A stretch of DNA of 64,000 nt from Chrysomallon squamiferum (taxonomy: Eukaryota > Animalia > Mollusca): assembly GCA_012295275.1 (NCBI GenBank), contig CM022665.1, positions 26,288,001 to 26,352,000 on the forward strand, written 5' to 3'. Made by a program: the position numbers and the translations under genes. Below the pieces are notes generated by a model. The model worked only from the letters and a program-made list of their open reading frames with translations, made no database searches and was not told the DNA's origin. Within the stretch, counting starts at the first letter, position 1, and every line of letters begins with the position of its first letter. Below, piece by piece: positions 1-10,791 of the stretch.

Positions 1-2
1 AC

Positions 3-95
3 ACACAAAATACCTATATAAAAGTTCAGTGTGGGCGATTATATCATGTAATCATCACAGCAGAGAATGATGTTTTGTTTATTTACCTACAACAG
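3..95 (+). CDS. Candidate coding exon (5'-truncated by window) of unidentified gene: TQNTYIKVQCGRLYHVIITAENDVLFIYLQQ
   Basis: Open, protein-like frame from window start, ending at a CAG|GTGATG donor (phase 0). Phase-compatible with exon 1370-1418. Confidence 0.4.
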
Positions 96-245
96 GTGAT
101 GCTGTCTTCTTGTGTGTAATTTATTCTAGGTGTATGTGAGATAGGTAATTCATCACAGGTGAAAAATCAGAGGGAGCAGGGAATAAGACTGTATCCTTTC
201 ATCAGTTGAGCCATCTAGCTTGATGGAAATCTCGATAGTAAATAT

Positions 246-377
246 AGTATCAATGTTCAGATGTGACTTAGCCAATTTCCTCTTAGTCTAGTATCCATGT
301 TCAGATGTGACTTAGCCAATTTTCTCTTATTTCAGTATCCACATTTAGATGTGGTGTAGCCAGTTTGCTCTTACTAC
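246..377 (+). repeat. 44-bp minisatellite, 3 copies (AGTATC[A/C]ATGTTCAGATGTGACTTAGCCAATT…)
   Basis: Units start at 246, 290 and 334; the third copy is more diverged. Confidence 0.9.
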
Positions 378-1236
378 AGTGTATTGTTGTTTTCAAGTTC
401 CAGGTGCAAGATCTTTTTATTTAAAAAAAAAAAATGTCTCAGTGTTTATTAATGTCATACACAGACATGATATCTCCACTTTACAATCATGTTATCACTG
501 GATGATTTCAAAGGTGGAGCATTATCTCATTACTGTTTAAAATAATGTGAAAAATGTCAGAAGTTGGAGGGATATGTTGTTCAACTTGAATTTTATAATT
601 ATTAAACTGGCTCCCGATATTAATATGAATCTTGTATTAAATTATTTTCTTATTTTAGGGTAATTAAAATATTTATGGTTCTGATTAATTTAGCTTTATT
701 TAAAATCAAATTAAAGAGTAATATTAAATCTGATATAATTACTGATAGAGAATTTGGATGAAATAAATGAAATTAAATTTAAATTAAACTTTGAATGATA
801 AAAAAACAAAAAAAAATGTGTGGAATTCAATGTTATAAGAAATGGCTGTCATGACTGACAAATTGTAATAATAATTTAATAGTAAAAAGTGTAAAAACTG
901 TATAGATAAAAGCAGTAATTTGATGAAAATGACAGTTCAACCGAATTATAACATTATGATATAAAACAACAGAAATAAAAAGGTAAAATAACTTTAGTTG
1001 AATGTAGTAGTGTTAATGTATTAAAATGACGGTGGTAATGTATCAAAATGGCAGTAAAATCGGAGTGGAAATTATAGTGTTAATATATTAAAATGACAGT
1101 GGTGATATAATAACATGATAGTGTTAATGTTTTAAAATCTCAGTGTCAAAAAAGAATGGCAATAGAAGACAACACAAGTAATTTGTTAAAGTGAATGGTA
1201 TTACATTAACAGTAATGGTAATCTGGTAATTCCTAC

Positions 1237-1273
<37 letters not shown>

Positions 1274-1329
1274 TATTATTATTATTATTATTATTTATTT
1301 TGTATTTATTTATTTATTTTATTATTATT
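1237..1329 (+). repeat. (ATT)n/(ATTT)n microsatellite
   Basis: Directly visible. Confidence 0.9.
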
Positions 1330-1369
1330 TAAATTTTTTTTTTATCTTCTTCGTATACACTCTATTCAG

Positions 1370-1418
1370 GAAATTGAATCAAATGGAAAAGTGGAGAAAA
1401 AGATATGCTCTTTATCAT
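1370..1418 (+). CDS. Candidate 49-nt internal coding exon: EIESNGKVEKKICSLS
   Basis: Pyrimidine tract with TATTCAG acceptor; CAT|GTAAGC donor; open frame linking phase 0 to phase 1. Confidence 0.55.
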
Positions 1419-1903
1419 GTAAGCTTCATTTCTCAATCTGTAAATACTTCAACATTTAATAAGATCAGATAATTCCTATCATATGTAAGCTAACTGTCTG
1501 TACTGAGCTCTTCAAGATGTGAGGAGAGAAAATCTAAAATTAGAGCCATCTTGTCAAACCTGGTACTTAGAGTGTCAGGATGAGTCATGAATTCATAAAA
1601 ACAAAATATGTTTTTCTTTTAATATTATCTTAAATTAAAATAAAAAATACTTAGGCAAAGCTTTTAATTTAAAAAAAATAAAAATAAAAAAAATAATTTA
1701 TATATATTTTAATTTTGTGACTAAAAGTATAAATAAAACATGATACTTGATTATTTTTGATTTTTTTAAATGTGTTCAAAATTAAAATTTAATAAAAATT
1801 AATATATTTATCTGTTTTTGCTTGTTTGTTAGTTTGACTTCTTTGTTGTTTCTGACCTTTTAATTTTTGGATGGGATAGGATATGCTTTTTTTCTCTCTG
1901 TAG

Positions 1904-1962
1904 CAATTATGGAAACTGGTATGACATTGTACAACACAAGAGAATATTACCAGCAGATCTGA
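1904..1962 (+). CDS. Candidate terminal coding exon: (S)IMETGMTLYNTREYYQQI*
   Basis: Strong acceptor TTTTTTTCTCTCTGTAG|; phase-1 join to exon 1370-1418 reads to TGA at 1960-1962. A possible donor ACG|GTAATA follows at 1987/1988. Confidence 0.5.
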
Positions 1963-3458
1963 AATATAATGATATCACAGATACACGGTAATATTTAGAG
2001 ACATTAATTATTAATAATAATTGCACAGAAAATAGTTATATTCAATATAAAATTATTGCAGACATGGAAATACTAAAATAATTTGTTTCTGTCTATTAAC
2101 TCATTTATACAGAACAAGAATAAAATATGACAAATTACAGGATCTATCCTCCAGTTTGCCTTTTCCCAATCTGGCTTGAAAAATCCACATAAAAGATCCC
2201 TTGCTCTTAATACAACAAAGCAATTTTAATCTGAAAGCAGTATTTCAAAATGAGTATTGTGAAATGTTTTACGTTTTATAACCAGTGATTGTAAATTAAT
2301 TGCTGTGTATTTGCGATGTCTTATTCATTTAATATATATGATACTGACAGCAGTTGGTATTTAAATTTAAGATGGTTGCTATAAAAATATTCATATATTT
2401 ATTTACACTGAATATTTTTTTTTATATATATAATATAATATCTCACAAAAATTAATATTGAGTTACAATATTGCTAAAAAATAATAATAATATAATAAAC
2501 CCCCACCAAAAAAATAAACACCATAACAAAAAAACAAAAACAAAACAATTGTTCATTTAATCCATACATTTTAAATAAATGTTCTATTTTCTGGTCAACT
2601 CACTAGATTTAATATTAAAATGTCTCACTACATTGGTAAAACAACAGAACAGAACAAAAAAAAACAAAAAGTTGTTCATTCATTAGCCTAATATACTTTT
2701 TATAAATGTTCAGTTAAGCCAACACCTCAAAACCATTTATATTAAATTGTGTGTTACAGTACAGCTTCAAAAATACTCATTCATTCAAGACCACATACTC
2801 TCGTTATAAATTTTCTTTTATATTTGGATTCTAACAGGTGCTGTTCCTGATAATACATTATAGAATTGTGTGTAAAAACTGTCTACAAAATATGTGGTCT
2901 GAGACCCAGGAAGTCATCTGTTGCATCTTGTTACCTGACAGTCTTGAATGAATTTTTGCTTGGCACATGTTTGAGATGTTGTAGATAATTGGATGACACA
3001 CTGCATTATTTTATTTTATAAATGATCCACTAGCAGTTATTTTGTAAATGGAAGACATGTAGTTTTAAAAAAATCATTTGTTTTTAATGAAAAAAATGAT
3101 TTACTGAATGAATTTTTGAATTTCTGAAGGAATGGATGGATAAATGGATGAATTAATAAATGAATAAATGAACTGACATATGCTTAAATAAAAGAATAAT
3201 GAGTGAAAGAATGAATAAATATAATACTGATGGTTATCAGGTGTCAGATTTACAATATTTTTTTGTTTGTTTAATCACTACTCAAGCCATTAAACACTAA
3301 TATGTAGTTTAACAGCAGTTCATAACATTAATATTATTTCATCACACAGAACCTTACACATCACACATGTGGCATGACTGGAATGGGACATTAATATTTT
3401 AACACATTATATCAACAGTAAAATGTGATGAATGAAACATTTTGAAACACAATACTGT

Positions 3459-4023
3459 TTTATTTTCCTCTATATACTTTTCACATATATAATACAAACC
3501 TTGTCTGAGACAAAGAAAATCATAAATATTAGATTATGAATACAATAAGTAAATGGTCACACCATTTACTTAGACTGGTACTGTTAAAGTTATCCCAACC
3601 TGGTATTTAAAACTTAACCAAAAGTACTTGCAAAGGAACCCTATTTTTGCAGACATTTCAGACTTGAGCTAAACCATTATCTTGGACTATTGTTAAACAA
3701 ACACCAACTTTTTTCCCCCAACAATCAATGAAGAAGAAAAAAAAGTTAAGAGACTGAAAAATCTGCAGACAAACAAGTATGTTCATCAAGTTGTTTCTTT
3801 GACAAACTCTCTGATAACGTGCACAGTAATTACACAACGAATTGTAAGTGTTACGAATGGACGTTTTTTACTTCATTCACCATTAACCTTGTTTGTTCAG
3901 ATGTTGAAAGTTTTCATCTGCTAGTGGATGTATCAAGTGCAAATCAAACCAGCAAGCCCTGGGCTCTACTCTTAGGTGAGAAAATCCACTTAACAACATT
4001 GTTCCCACTGTATCCAATATTGG
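3459..4023 (-). other. Candidate terminal exon of a minus-strand transcript (ORF part 4023-3883; AATAAA at 3464-3459)
   Basis: Strong minus-strand acceptor TCATTCTTCTTTCTTGTAG| at 4024/4023; minus-strand polyA signal downstream. Confidence 0.45.
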
Positions 4024-4148
4024 CTACAAGAAAGAAGAATGATACTTCTGGAATTAATATTCTCCACTGCCTTGATGGTTTAAAAGAATTTGGCCATTTG
4101 CATTGGCACAGAATTTGTATATGCTTTAAAGCTTAATTTCAGACTTAC

Positions 4149-4313
4149 CCTCACATTACCACATGAAAAATAACAACACTTCTCTTTTCTTCTTTCATCT
4201 TGGTGAATACAGAAATAGGTTGGTAAAAGTGTCTTTTGCCTCAAGACACATACATCTTGGTAATGCACTGGATTACTTCTGTTTCTTCTGAGACACATGA
4301 CTGGTATTTCCAT
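4149..4313 (-). other. Candidate penultimate exon of the minus-strand transcript (5' boundary uncertain; 4313 is the first ATG)
   Basis: Consensus donor AGG|GTAAGT at 4149/4148, giving a 125-nt GT-AG intron 4148-4024. Confidence 0.45.
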
Positions 4314-5599
4314 TTCTAATCTACATATCTATCTGTAGCTCTCTCTCTACACATACACACAGACACTCATAATATTATGTTATGTCTGACTCAAGACAGA
4401 TATGCTTAACATTATGGTGTAATAATATTAATATGCATTTTAATCTTAAGACAATAATATCACTTTATTTTATAAATATTTCTCCCCTTTTACTTAAAAC
4501 CTAAAATGAAATTTTATTTTTTGAATAAGGAAGTAAATTAACATGGGTTTTTAAGTCTATATAAACATAATATAAAATGAATGACACATGAAATTATTTT
4601 CATGTCTCATATTTTCTGACAACTGATTTTATGAGAGTACAGTTAAAATGTCAATTGCAAAATACCATCACTTTGGATAAATATCAATGTTTAATGAAAT
4701 ATTTTCATTAAAATGTCAACTGATGCTAATGTCTAGAAATCACAAGCAATTCATTTTTAATGTGTAACAACAGCTTTATGTAAGCAGTGTTTTAAATGTT
4801 TTACACAAAAATAAAGTTTGAATTTAAAGAAAACAAACCTTCTTTACAAAATTTATTTAAAAAGGTGACATTTTAACTAAGTACTGTTTCAGTATTTACA
4901 TTTTATTCATTGACATTTAAACTGATTGACATTTGATCACTGATAAATTGTATCTTGTCAAAGTAAGCCATCCATTTTATTGCGATGCCTACATATTCTA
5001 CCTTTATGGTGACATCATAAAAGTTTTCTGTACTGTGTGAAAGCTAATGAACAACAGAACAAAACTTTAGAAAACATCAGTCTGTCACATGTTCAGACTG
5101 GGAAAAAATATGAGAATGTGCCACTGTGAGATATTTAATTCCATCACTATCTTCTAACTACATTTGCAAAGTGTAGAGGTCATGATCAGACAATGAAGAT
5201 TCTTCTTGTTTTGCTTCAAGGAATTCTAGATTTATTGTAAACAGGCTAAATTAAAGCCTCTTGTTCATACCAACACCCATGTAGTTTTGACATATACTGT
5301 GGTGTCAGAAAGTCAGAAAAATGCTCCTAACTGTGACATGTGGAACAGCTTTCTGAAGACGTCAGTGATAAATTCTAAACATTTTGTCTTCCCAGTTTTC
5401 ATCATTGACTGAATTTTTTTTTTAAATCTGTTGTGATAACTGGCTACAAAGCTAGGTAATATTTCAGGGAAAAAATTTGCAAATTAAAAATTAAAAGTTT
5501 TTTTTTAAAAATATCTCCAGATAATGTATATTAATCCAAATATATTTTTACTTTTTTTAAACTTTTTTAGAAATATTTTCAGGCATATTTTTTCCAAAC

Positions 5600-5630
<31 letters not shown>

Positions 5631-6842
5631 AAATTAAAAAATGGTAACTCAGACAGTTTTTGTCATGGAAAAAATTTAAAAAAATTTTGTTTTAAAATTT
5701 AGCTAATATTTATAAGTGACAACTGGTCTAAAGTTGTAACAAAAATCTTCACTGTTAATCTTTTCAACCTTTATAAATTTCAGTTTATTAGTTGCTGTTA
5801 AAGTATTATGTTTGTGAGTTATAATTAAACATATTAAAATCAGTTTTATCACAGGTCTTGACCTCAGAGATGACCTTTGTTGTTTTGGCTACCAGCTTTT
5901 AGTCCAGACTACCAGATTAGATTAGACAGTGTGGTTACAAAAAATATATATAGCCAACATAACACCTATTTATAAAATTTCTATATATATTAATGTTGTT
6001 TGTTTTCTTTTCAATTTGAACAAGTAACAGACTGATGTTTTGCAAAGTTTGGCTCAATCTGTTATGACCTTTTAGAACTTACATAAACAAAATTAAGTCA
6101 TTATAAAATGGAAAGTGTCAAACTCTATATATATTCATGAGTTTGTTGTTTTGTGGCTAAACTTCATTATTAGCAAAGATTGGTTACATTGGCAAAAGAA
6201 AAACAATCAAGTGTGTATAGGAAATGTATTTTGTAAAGGATTTTAGGTGGTTTCAAAGTATTATCAAAGGTAATATAAAATTTTAACTTTGGTAACTCTA
6301 AGACTGCAAACATTTTTTTTTAAATTATTTTTAAAAATAATAAATTAAAGCTATAATTAATCCAAAACAGTGGTTAGCTGTATATAATGTTTTGTGTCAT
6401 TTACTTAATAGAAAAAGTTTTTTTTATTTTTTATTAATTAATATGTGAGTATGAGATAGGTAACAATGGCCAACATTTTTATTACTGTAAATATTTCTTA
6501 AAGATATAGTAACTTTTGCAATTAAGAAAATAAATAATGGCAAAACATGGTGTTCAGGGAATTTTCCATTAACATATTTCCAACAGTGAATTGTAAAACA
6601 AATATTTTTAAAAAGACTTGAATAGACTTAGAGTCCATAGTAAAACAAATCAGCCATGGTGAATATTTTAACAATGCAGCCATCTGCACACTTTTGCCAA
6701 CTGCCAAGATCGCCTTCATGTGAAAAGTGAGTATTTTCTTTACATCATCATATTTTAATCTTGGTGAGGCATAAAAAATTAAAGTAACTTAATCCATTGC
6801 TTCATAATTGTGAAACAAAAATTAATATTGAAAGAGAGGTAC

Positions 6843-7207
6843 CTTTTATAGTCTTTAATCAAATTATTATTATTATTATTTTTTTTGTGTGTGTTTTTTT
6901 TCTTCTTTCTTTTCTTCTTTTTTAAACGGTCGTATCTCCTTGGCCTTGACTTTGGCGATTCAGTTTTTCTAAATGTTTAGCTTTATTTAAAGATTTCAAT
7001 TTTCGTCTTAAAACTGTTCTTCTTAAAAAATATCTTAAATGCTTCCCAATTTTGTTTATCACGTTCTTAAACAGATAAACACACAGCAGTTCTTTCTGGT
7101 CACTTATTTCATATTTATATAATATCATTTATATATAACCACAAGTTCTCATCCTTTTTCATCACTACTATCACTTGAAAGACTTTCCTTGCCTGAACTG
7201 CATGTCA
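6843..7207 (-). other. Candidate second exon of the minus-strand transcript (3' boundary uncertain)
   Basis: Acceptor CTAATCTTATTTTGTGCCAG| with a branch-like CTAAT at 7208/7207; weak donor AAG|GTACCT at 6843/6842. Confidence 0.35.
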
Positions 7208-7338
7208 CTGGCACAAAATAAGATTAGATTCTAAATACAAATTAATGAAATATGTTTTAGCTTCACTGTTTAGTTTTTGGGATTATTTTTTTCATAAGAT
7301 TTTGTCAGTCGATCTCATATTGATATCAAACCATTTAC

Positions 7339-7450
7339 CTCTTTCAGGCGTTATCAAATTGGCACTAACAGTCCTAGATTCACTGTCTTCTACCTTCTAG
7401 CTTATCTGTGTGTTCCAACACTGAAGCTATGAAAATCAGCTTATCGCTGC
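7339..7450 (-). other. Candidate first exon of the minus-strand transcript (5' end approximate)
   Basis: Donor GAAAGAG|GTAAAT; 131-nt intron 7338-7208. Confidence 0.4.
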
Positions 7451-7544
7451 CTTCCAAACACAGTGTGAGTCCAAACTGAAGTGTTTTGTACAAGAGAAAT
7501 ACATGTGATTGCCAAATACGTTTTGGTTCAGACAAATGTAAAAG
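7450..7544 (+). other. Candidate non-coding first exon of a long + strand gene (5' end approximate)
   Basis: Donor AAAG|GTATGT followed by T-rich intron-like sequence; lies in the CpG-retaining region. Confidence 0.45.
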
Positions 7545-8171
7545 GTATGTAAACATTTCATAGACTAGTATATTACAGGTTTTGGAGTGTTTTTATTTAT
7601 TTATTTATTTATTTCATATATTTATTTTTATTAAAGTATTTTTGTTTTATTGTTTGTGTATAGCATTATTGATATATGATTTTTTTTAGAAAAAATATGC
7701 TTGTCATTAAATGTTTTCTATTTATAACATTATGATGCATACTATTTTATTGTTTACCATACTGCATAATTTTCATTCTCATCCCAAATTTTCTTTGGCA
7801 GATTTAAAGTAAAATACATATAAAAGATATCATCATCATTTTAAACATCATTGTCATCATCATCATCATCACAAAATTATGATTTTTTTAGTTTGTTTCT
7901 TTAAGTCAGTTTGATTATGATTTTACAATATTCTAAGATGAAATTTATATGAGTGACTTCCACATTTTGGTAAAAGACCTTCACCATTGCTCTTTGTTTT
8001 TTTTAAATTTTTAAATAAAAACATGAAATGACATGGGATATTCCTTTATGATCAGTAACTAGAATTCTTGATTACAAAAAAGTTCATTTTATAAAAGATA
8101 TAACTGAAAAACAGTTCTCGAAGAGAATTTAAATTTTCTTTCAATTCATAAAAAGATAAAGGCTTTTTAAA

Positions 8172-8338
8172 GTTACCTTGGAGTTTTAAAATGTATTTAT
8201 AATGTGTCACACAACTTGTTTTATAATTTTCTAACAAAGAATTTAATCTTTGGTTACCTTGAAGTTTTAAAATATATTTACAACATGTGACACAATTTTT
8301 TTTTTTTTTTTTTTTTTTCTAATTTTCTAACAAATAAT
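8172..8338 (+). repeat. ~80-bp tandem duplication (GTTACCTTG[G/A]AGTTTTAAAAT…TAATTTTCTAACAAA)
   Basis: Copies start at 8172 and 8253; the second has a poly-T expansion. Confidence 0.85.
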
Positions 8339-9276
8339 ATGCTTCAAGCAGGTGTTGTAATAAATAACGATCCACTTCCTGACACCTATTACAGTAATAT
8401 GTCTTAATTAGTACTCTTTAATTTGCTCTGATTTGAAGAGTTTATGACCCAGGTCAGCAGTGATGTAGGTACTGAACCCTGTGTTGAAGATACCTTTAAC
8501 ATGGTGCAGTGTGCTAATGATGTTTGTCAGAGGGCTGCTTCACATTATTTACTCATTGTGTCATAGATAGCTCACTAAAGAGAAATTCCAACACTTGATA
8601 AACACACAGGGTTGAAGCACATGTGTGAAATATATGCCCAAGGTGTGAAAGTTCAGAGGATCAAATCATGCTAGAGACTCCATTGTGTTATATGTTTTTT
8701 GAAACCTATCTGTGACTGTGAAAATTAATTGTTTAATAAAAAAAAATATTTCTTCCTACACTTTGAAGTAGATTATAGTTTATATTATTAATTTATTATG
8801 ATGAATTATATTTGTTATCATCAATTTACTATAATAGATTATAATTTTTATCATAAAATGATTGTGATGGATTATAATTTGTACCATTAATTTATTATGG
8901 ATAATAATTCACATGCAATACAACCAATAGATAGCTGTTTAATTAAAATGTACTCTTTTCAGTGAAAGAATTAATATTGATATATTAAATCCCAAATTTT
9001 GAATGATTAAAAAATATGTTTTCTAATGGCAGAACCTGCATTGCTTGTAAAATTATGTTTTTCTTTAGTATTTTCTTTGCTATTTATATGCTTATACACA
9101 AAATAATAATGAAAAAAAAAAAAACATTTCTAGAAAACTTTAATATCTTACTTTTTAATATTATTGTACCTAATTTAAACATTAAATTTTTATGTATGAT
9201 ACTGATTAGTTCACTAAGTTTAAAATGTTTCTTTTTCATAAACCTGATAACTTTTATTTCATCTGGATATAAAAAA

Positions 9277-9318
<42 letters not shown>

Positions 9319-9531
9319 TGTTCTTTTTTAATATCTTCACAATTTTATGGCTAGTATTTTTGAAACCCACAAATAAGAAGAAGAGGTTAACTTGTAAAGT
9401 TTGTTTTCTTTGAGTGCTTAGGAATTTGGTTTATTTTCTTTAGCTACAGGACAGCATATCAACATAAAAATGCACAAACAGATAATGTCTGCCTGGCCAA
9501 TGGTTCAGGATAGCAAAATTCTTAATACACC

Positions 9532-10550
9532 ACTGTTAGTCCATGATCTGCATACAGCTATGACTGTTAGTTCATGATCTGCATACAGCTATGACTATTA
9601 GTTCATGATCTGCATTCAGCTATGACTATTAGTTCATGCTATGCAAATAACTATGGGTCTTAATCCTTGATCTGCATAAAGCTATGACTGTTAGTCCATG
9701 CTATGCAAATAACTATGGGTCTTAATCCTTGATCTGCATAAAACTATGACTGTTTGCAAATAAGTATGGGTCTTAATCCTTGATCTGCATAAAGCTATGA
9801 CTGTTAGTCCATGCTATGCAAATAACTATGGGTCTTAATCCTTGATCTGCATAAAACTATGACTGTTTGCAAATAAGTATGGGTCTTAATCCTTGATCTG
9901 CATAAAGCTATGACTGTTAGTCCATGCTATGCAAATAACTATGGGTCTTAATCCTTGATCTGCATAAAACTATGACTGTTTGCAAATAAGTATGGGTCTT
10001 AATCCTTGATCTGCATAAAGCTATGACTATTAGTCCATGCTATGCAAATAACTATGGGTCTTAATCCTTGATCTGCATAAAACTATGACTGTTTGCAAAT
10101 AAGTATGGGTCTTAATCCTTGATCTGCATAAAGCTATGACTATTAGTCCATGCTATGCAAATAACTATGGGTCTTAATCCTTGATCTGCATAAAACTATG
10201 ACTGTTTGCAAATAAGTATGGGTCTTAATCCTTGATCTGCATAAAGCTATGACTGTTAGTCCATGCTATGCAAATAAGTATGGGTCTTAATCCTTGATCT
10301 GCATAAAGCTATGACTGTTAGTCCATCCATGGGTCTTAATCCTTGATCTGCATAAAGCTATGACTGTTAGTCCATGCTATGCAAATAAGTATGGGTCTTA
10401 ATCCTTGATCTGCATAAAGCTATGACTGTTAGTCCATGCTATGCAAATAAGTATGGGTCTTAATCCTTGATCTGCATAAAGCTATGACTGTTAGTCGATG
10501 GTCTCAACACAGCTATGACTGTCAGTCCATGACCTACACACAGATATGAA
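9532..10550 (+). repeat. 31-bp-monomer minisatellite with a 62-bp dimer and a 113-bp higher-order repeat
   Basis: GGGTCTTAATCCTTGATCTGCATAAA recurs at alternating 62/51-bp spacing; simple 31-bp monomers at the edges. Confidence 0.97.
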
Positions 10551-10707
10551 TGTGTAATACAGAAGCTTCCCTTTGACTGTTGTGTATTTTCATAAAATCT
10601 GTTTATTTTGGCAGTGTTTTTGTTTGCCTCTCTTTTAAGCCATGTCTTGCTAGGTTTTCACCCAAATTGCCAGTATTTTGTAATCTGACAGTCCTCTCTC
10701 TTAACAG

Positions 10708-10791
10708 ATGGAGACCCTCTCATCAGGACACCCCGCAAAAGGAGATTTTGTTTATAATAGTTCTGCTATTTCCAACATAATGTTTTCCACT
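10708..10791 (+). other. Candidate exon (3' boundary uncertain)
   Basis: Strong acceptor CTGACAGTCCTCTCTCTTAACAG|ATG and GC-richer sequence; only a GC-type donor (CTG|GCAAGA) or a weak GT donor is available. Confidence 0.3.

Larger units (their letters stand above)
6920..7544. promoter_or_regulatory. Putative bidirectional promoter / first-exon region (CpG-retaining island)
   Basis: About 9 CpGs in ~600 bp versus about 2 in the next ~2.8 kb (counted by eye). Outward-facing donors on both strands: minus GAG|GTAAAT at 7339/7338 and plus AAG|GTATGT at 7544/7545. Confidence 0.5.

Noticed and set aside
206-237. Possible 32-nt exon (EPSSLMEISI)
   Set aside because: It starts in phase 1, incompatible with the phase-0 donor at 95, and has a weak donor.
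2185-2212. CACATAAAAGATCCCTTGCTCTTAAT, a match to the Meta SINE core
   Set aside because: Too short to annotate as an element; probably a remnant.
9532-10550. Regular repeat array superficially like a CRISPR array
   Set aside because: The intervening sequences are themselves repeated monomers, not unique spacers; there are no cas genes and the context is eukaryotic.
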